Source: the human T2T-CHM13v2.0 reference genome, Homo sapiens
NCBI RefSeq assembly: GCF_009914755.1
Contig: NC_060934.1
DNA: 64,000 nt
Direction: 5' to 3' (one strand)
The notes under the pieces are model-generated. The model had not been told where the DNA came from, ran no database searches, and saw only the letters and a program-made list of their open reading frames with translations. Positions 29,989 to 42,975 of the stretch are shown one piece after another; the first letter of the stretch is position 1; each line of letters opens with the position of its first letter. The translations under genes and the position numbers were made by a program.

Positions 29989-31719
29989 TATAATCTACAT
30001 CAAAATGGCAACTATTTACTAAACATGCATTTTATTACATAAACACACAGCAATGCTCTTTGCTTTGGCATTTTCTCAATTACACAATATCTTCCATTCA
30101 AGTTACCATCTCCTAAAAAGTTATTTGAGAAAATCTTATTTCTCACAATGAAACCTTATTATCTGAAGCTCAGCTGAATATTGTTCTATCCTTAGCCCTA
30201 ATTTACAAATACAAAATAATAATTAATATAATGTATGCTATTGAAAGCTCAGTATATCCTGAGTGGAAATTTTTCAATAAACCTTATAAATATGCCTGAA
30301 ATGTTTGCTGTCATTTTTTTGAAAAATATTAGCACACCAATGCAACTATAGCTAATGTTCCAAATGGAGTATTTTATTTCATGCTTACCGTATCAGATGG
30401 AATGTAAGGTTAACAGACTTTCAACACCTCTTAAATGAAGGGCTTCATGCACACACATTCAGAAGTAAAATTAATCAGAGGGGCAAAATCTGTACCTACC
30501 TGGTAGAGGTTAAATGGATGGCATATTTAAAATCACCATTCATAGCTCCTGGCACACAGTAGACTCTAAATATTTTTTCCTTCTATCATTTATAAGATAA
30601 ATTCAACAACACATCAAAGAAAGTAGGAAAATAAACATTCAAACCAAACTCTTGCATTCATTCCTAGATTGCTTTTTTTAAAACATAGTCAAACAGTAGT
30701 AATAACAAATTTAGTAAAAAGTTCTGAATTGTAAAATTCAAAAATTGTTTAAGTTCAAATTTTTAACATAAAATTGAAAATCAAAATTTGAGTACTTTAC
30801 TTTCTGGCAAATCTCTTTATTTATCATAATCTGCCTTATAGCTAGGGATAGCCTTAGTACTTTCATATTATACATTTTCACTTACAAACCATACACATTC
30901 TTTATGATGATATTTCTCCCATCTTTTCTTGAAATTCAGAAAAAGAAGTATATGTGTGTCTCATTTAAAATTCTCCACACTTCTTAGTTTTATACTTTTT
31001 TTCTAACTTAATGGTCCACTTTTCCTTGTCCTTGGTCGATCTTCACTCATCTTACTATAAACATTCACTTACTTTTTAAAAATTCCTACCGCCTCTCTCT
31101 TCCAAAACCAGTCCTTATATTAAGTAATTAAATAAAAATGACCAAGTCACCACCAGGACAAAATAAATGTCCATTCTCAAAACTATTACTTCAGTTGGCC
31201 TTAAGAAAGTAGGATGGACAGTAGGGAGATATCTTTTCTAGTAATTCTGCAAATCAATACCACCATTCTCTGCAAAGCAGACAGGAGGAAATTGATTGTT
31301 TCATTGCAATGTTTCATATTAAAAAACCAAAACATCATTTCAGCTTTTCCATACTCTATGGAAACTAATATTCAGAGCAAATATGTATTCTTTCATCAAA
31401 TATTTATTGAGTACTTACCAAATTTTGGACACTGAGCTAGTTAGTGGAATTACTAAAATACAACGTGCAAGGCCACAAATGAAATATGCTTTTTCATTTA
31501 ATTGAGAGCAAGACTATGAGATAGAAAATAATACCTGAGTTTTCCAGGTGATGCAACTATAGCTTATCAATATTAAATTACTCACTATATTCTGTGCAGA
31601 ATAAGGGTTGAAACAAGGATTTAACTTGACCTCTGATGCCTTGACCTCTGATGACAATGCTTTTGCTTTCAAGAATTATACCTAAATAATTATGTTGATG
31701 TCAAGGATGATGATGATGA

Positions 31720-31920
31720 TAAGTATCAATCTCCATTTACTGAAATATACCTTGGTTTCAGGTCCTGTGCTTGCATGCTTTATGTATGTGAATTACATCC
31801 TTTTATCACCCTTTACAGAGAGAAACCAAGGCTCAGAGAAGTTAAACAACTTGATCCTTGCTGGTAAGGGAGTGGAATAGAATTAAAGCTCAATTCCATC
31901 TGGTTCTGTATTCTTTTCTT
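31720..31920 (-). mobile_element. MIR
   Basis: ccctttacagagagaaaccaaggctcagagaagttaaacaacttg. Confidence 0.75.
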
Positions 31921-32048
31921 TACCATCAATTCTCTATAGCAACAGTTATTGAAACTTGAAGACCCATCTCACAGCCTCTCTCTTACATACACACATTTAA
32001 TTTCATTCTCCATGCTTGGATCACAGGCTCTCTTCTCTGTCTTTCTAC

Positions 32049-32050
<2 letters not shown>

Positions 32051-32097
<47 letters not shown>

Positions 32098-32114
32098 GTA
32101 TCTATGTATCTATG

Positions 32115-32158
<44 letters not shown>
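32051..32158. repeat. Compound (TCTA)n/(TGTA) tetranucleotide STR
   Basis: Two (TCTA)n runs separated by three TGTA interruptions. Confidence 0.97.
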
Positions 32159-33341
32159 ATCATCATCTAGGTATCTATATCTATATATCAACCTTCCTAT
32201 TATCTGTATGTATGCCTGTCTCAGTCTCCCTTTCTGTCTCTATCTCTCAGACTTTCTGTCTCTATATCCCTTTCCCTATCTCTTTACATTTTTTTGTTTC
32301 ATTTTGATTATTATTTGTCTTTCTGGCAATCTGTCTATTTCTGTCTTTCTTGACCCTGTGTTTTCCCGGCCTGTCTGTCACTCTGCTTCTACCTTTCTGT
32401 CTCAACCTATCTCCACTTCTCTCTCTTTCTGTTCTTTTCTAAGTGTATATCTCAGTTTCTCTTTCTGTTCCCTTTCTCTTTTTCTTATATTTGACTGTCT
32501 CTAACTTTTATTATGTTTTTCCCTGTGAGTCTCTCTCATTTTCTTTGTGTGACTATCCCTGTATCTCTCTTTGAGTTTGTATCTCTGTGAATATCTTTCT
32601 GTGACTTATCTGTGTCTGTCTCTGTCTCTCGGACAGAGATGTAAGATTCTAAAGTAATAAAAACCTCTCATCCAGTTTTAATGACCCTTTTCTGGATTCC
32701 AGTGATGTGCTGCAAAGTTGAAGAAATAAGTCCCTTAAATGATAAAGCAAAAAGAAAAGTCACTGTCCTTGGATAAACAATTTGCATTTCCATAAGGATT
32801 CAGTGATGCAGAATCAGAAAAGGCTCATTCTGACACCTCCATGAAAACAACAGGGAGAGCATTCATTAGCTGGGCTTCCTTTTGAATGATGCACTTCATT
32901 GCACACACCGCTGTCCTCCCCCGGTCAGGAAACAGTGCTTAATTCTATCGGAAGTTTGCCCTTTCACTAGGCATGAGAATGAATGACTTTTCAAAGTAAT
33001 AGGAACTACACATCTGCCATGGCCTGAGAATGCTTACACTCTAAAAGCCATACAGAAAGTTACACCTCCTATCAATTTCTTATCCATCAAGGAACACAAT
33101 AAACAAGCTTTGAACTTTTCCATTTACCAACTTGAAGGAAAGAAATGCTTCATTTTCTTTAGTTTTTTGAAATAATGACTGCTTTTGCCTCTTACATTTA
33201 TAGCTTCAATAGCCATGATCTAATTTTAAGGGTGAATGCAACCTTTAAACAAGGTTTATGATATAAAAGGAAATTTGTCCATTACAGTGCTCAGAAACTT
33301 TTACTCTTTAGGTGAAAATTATTTTGTTGCTGTTATTGTTG

Positions 33342-33343
<2 letters not shown>

Positions 33344-33377
<34 letters not shown>
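33344..33377. repeat. (CA)n microsatellite
   Basis: About 17 pure units. Confidence 0.97.
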
Positions 33378-33379
<2 letters not shown>

Positions 33380-36300
33380 TCATCTTAGGAAGTAATTGGA
33401 CAAGATTAAAACAATTAATTGTATTTAAAATTATTTAGCAATTTACAGGTTTCTTATTCATTTTGCTGGCTTCATTTATAAGTTATGTATTTTAAATGTG
33501 GACACTGAGGAACAAATGTTTAGAGGGTGTGCTGAGGTTCTCAAGGAAAATAATTGTTGTCCTTCGGACAGAATATGATGTTTCTATGCTCCTTATATTA
33601 ATAAATAGCACACATGTGTATGTGTGGGCAGGGGGGGAGCGGGGTGTGTCCATCTTACTCAGTGTGACTGACTTTTAGGCTGAGATTAAGTCATACTCGT
33701 CTACATATTCTTCCAAGTCTCTCACTTCAGTTTATACACCACAGTTGAAAATTGTATTTTAAGGTCAAGCTAGTCGCTCTCACATTCAAAACTACCTCCC
33801 ATCCTGCCCCTGCCATCCATACATGCAACGAATTAACATGTGCATTTGGAATTTCTGGGTGTATTCTCGGTTCTTGTCACCATTTCAACCTAAGTGCTTC
33901 CAGTATTCAATTTAAATAAACGTTACAGTTTCTGGGTGATTTACACCTCTGGAATTTCTATGGCGACTCTATCAAGAGAAAATAATCTGGCCATAAATTA
34001 CTCACATTAGCTTTTTTTTTTTCCTCACTCAAAATTGACTATGAGCACTAATGAGTCACCACACTTCCTTCCAATACCCTTGGATGCAACTCAGTCATAT
34101 TTGAGTCTGAAACTAATAAATGAAGCCCCACAGGTCACTGTTAGTTTTGAATCCACATTCTCTCATGCTATAGTGTTAACGACAACAACAAAATCCCATT
34201 ACAAAAGAAAATATATCAAACCTCAAACAAAGTTTTAGTTGAGAGTAACAAAAATAGTTTTTGGATGCCATCCCTGACAAGTAAAACAATCTTTTCAATA
34301 TTATAATTGTATAGTCTTATTTTGCATGTGAAAACCACAGATACATAGAATGACAAAATGATTCTAGTTCACAAGTGGTCCCGATACTAAGAACTCTTTT
34401 AAAAAATGGAAAAATACAAACAAAATGACTATGACCAAAACCCACTCTTAAAATAGAGTCTGAAGTAAAATTAAACTTTTAGATAATAAATATGATCATT
34501 TTATGAAGTAGTGTGGTCTCTTTGTTTAGATTATTATTTCTGCTAACTTTTCCTTGTGTTCAAATCCTGAGTGAAACTTAAAACCATGTATTTCTCCCAG
34601 CATTAGGGCTACAATAAAATGTAAATGTATATGGGGGGCTTCTGTGTTAGGAAGAAGTTAATATAACAGCTCGTTTATGAAAAGCTATTGTTTTACACCA
34701 TTTAAGTAGGAAAAAAAGTTCCTACAGTCTGAAATTGTATCTGCACATTTACAGAAAGGGGGAGTACACTCATCTACCCAATAAAGTAGTCACATTTATG
34801 AAATTACTTTATAATTTTTGGTTTTACATTTTACTATTTTGAGAAGGTTCATAATTTGTCTAAGGAGTAAAAGTCCTCATGATAAAGTGATAACACAAAG
34901 GAATCATTAATTCCTCAACATGTATTTGCTTGACGTACATTTTGTGATCAAATAATTATAGTGATTTCCTTTGATAAAAATAATAATTACCTTTTGCCTT
35001 TAATTTCAAACATAAGCTATGAACCAAATACTGGAGAATTTTTGCAAGTGGCATAAAAACAATTTATGTCTGCCTATCTGCTGTGAAAGTTGTATAATAA
35101 AAAGATACAACACATACCATGCAAAATTTAAATGTGAACAAATTAAGAGCAAAGTTGTAATGGACATTTATTTTTCACTGGGTTTTTTTAAAGCATAATT
35201 ATTAGTGTTTTTTAAAACTATAGTTCAGATACTTATCAAATATTATCAGTGGGTATACCATATTTTTAAACATTTCCTAGAAAATGAAATGTTTTATTTA
35301 AATCTTTTTGTGAATAATATTCAAAACTTCATGCCATAATTTTCCAGAGAAGTTGCTGACACTTAGGTAGCACAAACTCTGACCTGTTCAGGTCACTTAA
35401 TGATTATGTTTAAGGGTAATTTGGGGGGCAAAGTTGTAGGGATTCACATTTCCTGCTCAGCACATAATTGCAACAGCTGAGGGGTTAGGAGGTCGCCACT
35501 CAGTGGAATTGGGCACCCATTAAATGGCACTTTTATTTCATAGGAGAATGAGTCCACAGTCAAGGGGATCAAGTTGCTGAAACTTGAAGACACACATGTA
35601 CAGATACATTCACTCATTCACACTTAGCCACAACTTAAGCAAACTAAAGAAACTAATAGTAAAACCAATTTTCTGTGAAAAGAAAACAAAAAAACAGTTC
35701 ACATGAGCATATACAACAAAGCTTCATACCTGCTGTGCAAACCACAGCAAGCATTTTGCGCTCAAAATATGCCTCTTTTACAGATTATTTGTTTCTCTAA
35801 TGTTAAGCAACATAATAACTTAAGTATTTGGTTACTAGATTTGACAATTGGCTCTTTTGTGAAAGCAAATGAGTATGACTTGGAGTTAACCTTACAGGAG
35901 GCCATCATATTATACTCTAGTTAACAATGGCTTTCTGCATACGTGCTACAAGTCCATCAAATCGATGGCCATCTGTGTGTACTAGAGACACAGAGTATCA
36001 ACACACTGAACCTGAAACTTGTTATTCAGGGCCCACCCACTCTATAGCTACCAAAGTATATTTTTTAAAGTAAAGGCCACATCACAAAGTGGGAAAGCTG
36101 TTAATACTATCTAGCATTAATTCTGTATTAGAAGGATACAGTTGACCTAGATTCAAATTCTAAATGGTTAATGCTTCCAGATACGCACAAAGGAAGTAAA
36201 TATTCTAATAAACTAAAACATCCACAGTAAAAATATCAGTATACTCACAAAAGACAAAAAATACTGTTCATTGTGAGGCAGAATTAGCTACTTTAACTCA

Positions 36301-36750
36301 ACTGCCAACTATAACCTCCAGCAACAACCACTCATAAAACAAATCATCAATATTTGCACACAGAAAAACAAAACGTCAATTCTGATGCCATTTTTCTGTA
36401 TTTTTTCAGGTTGGAGGAAGTAGAAGAAGTGGTTGAGGACTAAAAATTCTTTTAAATAACAAACCAGAGTTATAATTCAAAAGCTTGTGTCTTTGTAAAG
36501 ATTACATTGTCATCTAAACAAAATTACAATACCAGACAGTAATCAGGAAGAATGAAAGGACAGGCAGTTGTGTTCACTCTTCCAGCAAATAATCACTTGC
36601 AATCATTACTACTCTATTCTTTCAACAAGCATGACAGAAAGTAGCATCATGACAGAGATCATTGTACTGAAAGAACATCTTAACTTTCTCTGTGGTTCAC
36701 TGCTGCCTTAAATTTGAAAAAAATAAGAGAAGGGCGGGGGAAGAACTTAC

Positions 36751-37330
36751 TTGCGGTTTAAAGTTTCATCTTTAGTCCATGTAAGATTATGCAGCAAGTT
36801 TTCTTGCCAAGGCTGCCTCTTGCACATCCCTTTAAAAAGAACCAGTGCTCATAATCTAGTTCCAAGACGATTCATTCACATGTTCCACCTCTTGTTTCTG
36901 TGAGGCATTGATATCCACTCTCATATCATCAAGAAAATGTTACTAGGAAAATTTTTAGAAAAGCAAAACAGTTCAACATGTTAACTCAGAAAGCATACCA
37001 TCATTCTCCACGTTCTGAGATGTATGCCACCTGCCTTAGTTACCACAAGCAACTAACACTAAGCTGCTAGCAGGAATCTGTCTGCCCTCTATCTGTCGCT
37101 ATTAGCTCAGCACGTTGATTTCACTGGCACTGAAGCAACAGCAATTAGCTATCTTGCTTCTCGCAGCACATACAGGAGACAGCTGAGTGCGCTAAACCAC
37201 GCACTGACTGGTGAGCGCTTTGCACCAATTAGTAGCAGGTGCTACAGCCCAAAAGACAAATTGATGTCCACTGATCATCGGTACTGGCTGCTTTATTGTA
37301 CTGTGTTCGTCAGCCTGTCTGATGATTCTC
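36751..37330 (-). promoter_or_regulatory. Candidate alternative promoter / first exon of a minus-strand transcript
   Basis: Non-repeat block with ~9 retained CpGs in 37010-37310, CCAAT 37225-37229, E-boxes 37180-37185 and 37236-37241, donor CAA|GTAAGT at 36751/36750, GC box 36731-36740. Confidence 0.5.
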
Positions 37331-39871
37331 TGTTCTGTTTTGTGTGTTTGTTTTTACTGTTTTACTTTATCTAAGAAGTTTAGCAGCTTACATTCAATAA
37401 CAATGTCGTTGACAAGATAAAATAATCTCTTAAGCTTCTTTTATCATTCTCTCTGTCTCTCCCTCTCTCTCTCATTAAATCTACCCTCTTATATGAAGCC
37501 CTCCACATCTTTGGGGCATAAAAACAAAACAAAACAAAACAAAAAAACAATTTCACAACTTCACACATTCTGTAGGAGCCAAAAGTACTCTTTAGATTTT
37601 TACAAACACGTGTGACTGGTAGTATATAAGGTTATCACGAAGAAATATACTATACAAAACATTATAGCATATTTCTTAAACATTGTAATATATGAAATCT
37701 CCAAAACAAAGTTTTACAGATGGACAGGTAAACTAGTAAAATACAATTATGTCACATAAATCAGAGAAACATTTCTTAAGGAATCTATCTTGCATAGTAC
37801 ATATTTCAATTCCATATTAAATTTCACCCATGTGTTCACCTGAGCATATGAGAAGGAAGGATCTAGAAACAAGCAATTTAGGAACATATTTTAGTAGTGA
37901 TTGTGACAGAGCAGATAGGCTGAGGCTGGTTGAAAATGACAGGTGAAGACTATCACAGACAAAAGCCCCAGAACACATGTTTTCTTAATGAACCATGTGG
38001 ATTATTTACTAGGATGATACATTAACTCTAAGAAGAAAAAGAAAACCATGCCTCCAGAAATGTTGCCGTATTTATGCACAAGCATTTGCAGAAAATAACA
38101 TCACATTTAAAACAAAATGGACTTATCTTGCAGGCTCAGTTTTCCAGAGGGAGGGAAAAATCTTTAAGAATATGGAAATAATCTGAGGCAAGCCAAATGT
38201 GTTATACATTTTAAACATTAACACGTGTAGAAGTAAATCAGATAATTATAGATGAACCCCTTGAGCCTCAAGTGGAACCCATTTGTTTTTATTTTATGTA
38301 CCACTGAAACAAACTAAATTACTTGCTTCCTTAAAACCACAGATCAGTGGGAGTCAATGAGGACTTGTAATAAGTGAATACATTATACACTTGTTAGAAC
38401 TGATATTTTTAGATTTTAAAATTGATGTGTTAATAAAGATAACTTTATTGATACATGTTTAAATAATGAGCATATTTTGTGTGAGAAGTTTTTCTGTTCA
38501 TTTCACTAAATGTCTCACCTGTGGAGCAATCCATATATTGATATTTGTTGAATAGAGCAGCTGGTATTTTAAGATTGTTTCAGTAACCATAAGAATTATT
38601 AAGTGTAGTTATTTTTCTAATGACAATTCAGCCTCATTCGTGGTAATGTTCAATGATAACTCTGATGACACATCAGAAATATAGCTAGAAAACAGAAAAT
38701 TTTATCCCTTCCTCATCTTCTCAGAGCAATTCAATTATTACTAATTGAACACTTGTCAATGACAACAGCTGATTTTCATTTTCAAAAGTAAATTACAATA
38801 TCTAGTTTTCAGAACAACATATTTAATGAAATGTGAAAATGCAATATTTACTTCGGGATGAATAAAGGTTAAGTTTTAACCAGTTTGAAAACACAGTAAG
38901 CAAAATGGAGTCACTGTAATATTTACTACTAGAGATGATATTTTCTTTGAAAAAAGTGTTGCATAATATTCTGTCACCTCCCCTGCATTGTAAAGTCCAC
39001 TTGAATCCTACTCTGAATATGACATTTAACTTCCTTTTTTCTCTTAAAATATATCGTGAACATTCACTTCTATAAACACATATAGGTTTAAATTATCATC
39101 TATGTTTCATTGCATGTATATGTATATTTTCTTTAACAAAATACCTATTTTTTGACAGATAGTTTCTAATTTTAATATATTTGTAGAATCCTGGTTTAAG
39201 ACGCTTAACTTTCTGAACTTGCATTTTACCACCCTTAATCAAGGTCTTGAGTTAAGGTGGCTGGGGAGGAGTGGGATAAAGTGCCATGTAACCAAATGAC
39301 AAAAGCTTGTGAGCCTTTGTGCTCTGGCTTAGGGGTGGGTCTGAGGAAGAGGCACCGTTTTTTTTCTTTCCACAAAGGCAACACCATGCTATCCACTATT
39401 CATTTGTCTAAAGATGCTTTCTCTAAAATTCACAGAGGTGCATGTGGACTAGACACACTGCTCATACAGAGTGGTCTGTTACATGAGAGAGGAAATGTAA
39501 ACTGTCTACCACAAAGTCTGATACACAGGAGTTGCTCTTTAAATCATAGCTGTCAATCATAGATACATGAAATTAGGTTTAGTTTACTTTACGACGGAAA
39601 GAGATTGTATTAGGTGCTTTAGAAAGATTTTGAACATTGAAAACATTAACATTTAAAACATTTAAACATTGATGATTAGAATTTTATTAAAAAATTTTAA
39701 AAGTCACATAATACAGTTTAAAAATGAATCATTAAATCTATCAACTATAGAAAAATGGATATATAAATTTCATTACATAATTTTAAGGATAGTTATATAG
39801 CTCTTGAAGTACTAATTATGAAACATATTAAAAAGTGGTAATAAACAAAATAAGCTGTCAAAAAAATTTTC

Positions 39872-40163
39872 TTTTTTTTTTTTGAGATGGAGTCTTGCTC
39901 TTTCGCCCAGGCGGGAGTGCAGCGGCGCTGTCTGGGCTCACTGCAAGCTCCGCCTCCTGGGTTCACGCCATTCTCCTGCCACAGCCTCCGGAGTAGCTGG
40001 GACTACAGGCGCCCACCACCACGCCCAGCTAATTTTTTGCATTTTTAGTAGAGACGGGGTTTCACCATGTTAGCCAGGATGGTCTCGATCTCCTGACCTC
40101 GTGATCCTCCCGCCTCGGCCTCCCAAAGTGCTGGGATTACAGGCGTGAGCCACCGCGCCTGCC
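39872..40163 (-). mobile_element. AluY, full length
   Basis: AluY diagnostics; TSD agctgtcaaaa...tttt at ~39853-39870 and 40164-40178. Confidence 0.95.
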
Positions 40164-40751
40164 AGCTGTCAAAATTTTAAAGTTGAAGACAAATAGTATA
40201 CATTCCCTGTTAATAACTGCATTCAAACATGTCCATATTCATAAATACTGGCAATGCCATGATGAATATAAAGTGATGATTATTGTAGAGACCATGCTGA
40301 ATCTTTCCCTTATGTCTGTTTTCATGGATTTTTATTTCTTAAATTCCTTTTTGCACCATCTTCTTGTCATTCACCTCCCCTTCCAAAAAAAAAGAAAATG
40401 AATATGTTTAGCAGATTTTTGCTTCTTCATGTTGGTTCACAAATATATATTCTGTGTTTTATTCTAAATCTTCATCTAATTGTATTAGAATTTTGTGAGT
40501 ATTTTTCATAAAAAAGTATTTTTTACATTCCACAAAGCAATGATATAGAAACACATAATGCTCTACTGTATGCCAAAAATTAGCTACATCCTACACACAG
40601 CTGTGAAGATTACCATAAACATTTGTGTTCATGCCAGTTCATCTGTGCACTGGTATTTAATGAACAATGAAAAGCAAATATCTAGTCAAAGATACAAACT
40701 TTCTTTTTCTGTATTTAATTTTTTTGGAATCTTGACTTGTTTTCATAGTAG

Positions 40752-40753
<2 letters not shown>

Positions 40754-40801
<48 letters not shown>
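40754..40801. repeat. (TA)n microsatellite
   Basis: About 24 pure units. Confidence 0.97.
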
Positions 40802-40805
<4 letters not shown>

Positions 40806-42104
40806 GTTTGCTACAGTGCAAAGCTAGTTCTCTCACCAGCAAGAGAATTAAAATACTGTTTATGCCATTGACTTACTCTGGCAAATGTATATATTAACTA
40901 AATATAATATTTCTTATAATATTTCCAGTGTTTTGGTAGGGAACATTTCAAAGTATCGGGTTAAATATAGCAAACCAATACTAACTCATATATTATTCTC
41001 AAATATATGTCTTTGAGAAAGGAAGACATAAGAGGATTTTGTCTATCCTCAGGATGAGGGCTGAGTCCTGGAGTCAATAGGAACTGCAAAGTAAAGAGAG
41101 GTAGAGAAGGCATTTTTTTAAAACCCAGGTTAAAGTTTTACTGAATGAAGGCCTCTGCAGTATTATCAAAATAGCCTTGCTCATTACAAGCAGTGTCTCA
41201 CCAAATTGCCTGGGATCGAGTCATTCTAGACGACTTATTGTCAGCAGTCATTTAGAGTTGAGATTCAAAGCTGTTGGTTATAATCACAAAAAGACCTTAA
41301 CCAGGGACTTGGCAACTGGAGGGTCATCTGTATTCACACCAATAAGTCTTTGTCATGATTTCATGTTGCATAGCTTTGTTTTTTATTCTGACACCCTTTT
41401 ATTGTCAGAATTCAAGGTAGACATAGTTAATTTAGTTTCTTGCCAGCAATATCTACTTTCACTTTTTTTAACCCTAGCACTTACCTGTTTTATAGTGACA
41501 ACTTGAGGGATAAGGAACAGTATAATCTTTATTTAATACTTGTCTCTGCTGAGTTTCCAACAGGCAGACTGTTATTTGAGAAAAGCAATTTGGGATATAA
41601 TACAGTAGCTTAAGGGCAATGCTCCAAGAAATAACTAATTTCATAAAATTATAGGTGTATAATAAATATACAATGTGATTTAGTAAAATATGTAAAGATG
41701 TTGAACTGTTCACATCATCTTTTAAAATATAATTCTTAAAGAGTATTAAATTTAGAGCAAGAAACTTATTTCTAAGCATTTCTGTTGGGCTTTCAAATAG
41801 GGACTATTTTTATGCTTGAGTGAGATTAGGTATTATAAAGTCAAATTATTTGAATATTTCATATAATCTAAAATTATTTGAAACCTGGAAAATAAAACTA
41901 AAGAGAAGTGCAGATAATATTTGTAAAATACTTTTTTAATTTAACAGATTTATTATTTAGAGCTATCTTATACTTTCCTTAGGAATACTTCTGGTATTTT
42001 CCTAAGGAGAAGAATTTAGACTTTACAAAATAGTTTAATTGGTTTAAACAGAAAAAAAGAATTACATACGCTACCTCTTCACAATTCCAGTTTTTATATG
42101 CTGG

Positions 42105-42975
<871 letters not shown>

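Noticed and set aside
31949-32504. 162-aa ORF with YLSI repeats
   Set aside because: Translation of the (TCTA)n STR and low-complexity flank
32906-32925. REST-like caccgctgtcc
   Set aside because: Only the right half-site; no TCAGCACC partner
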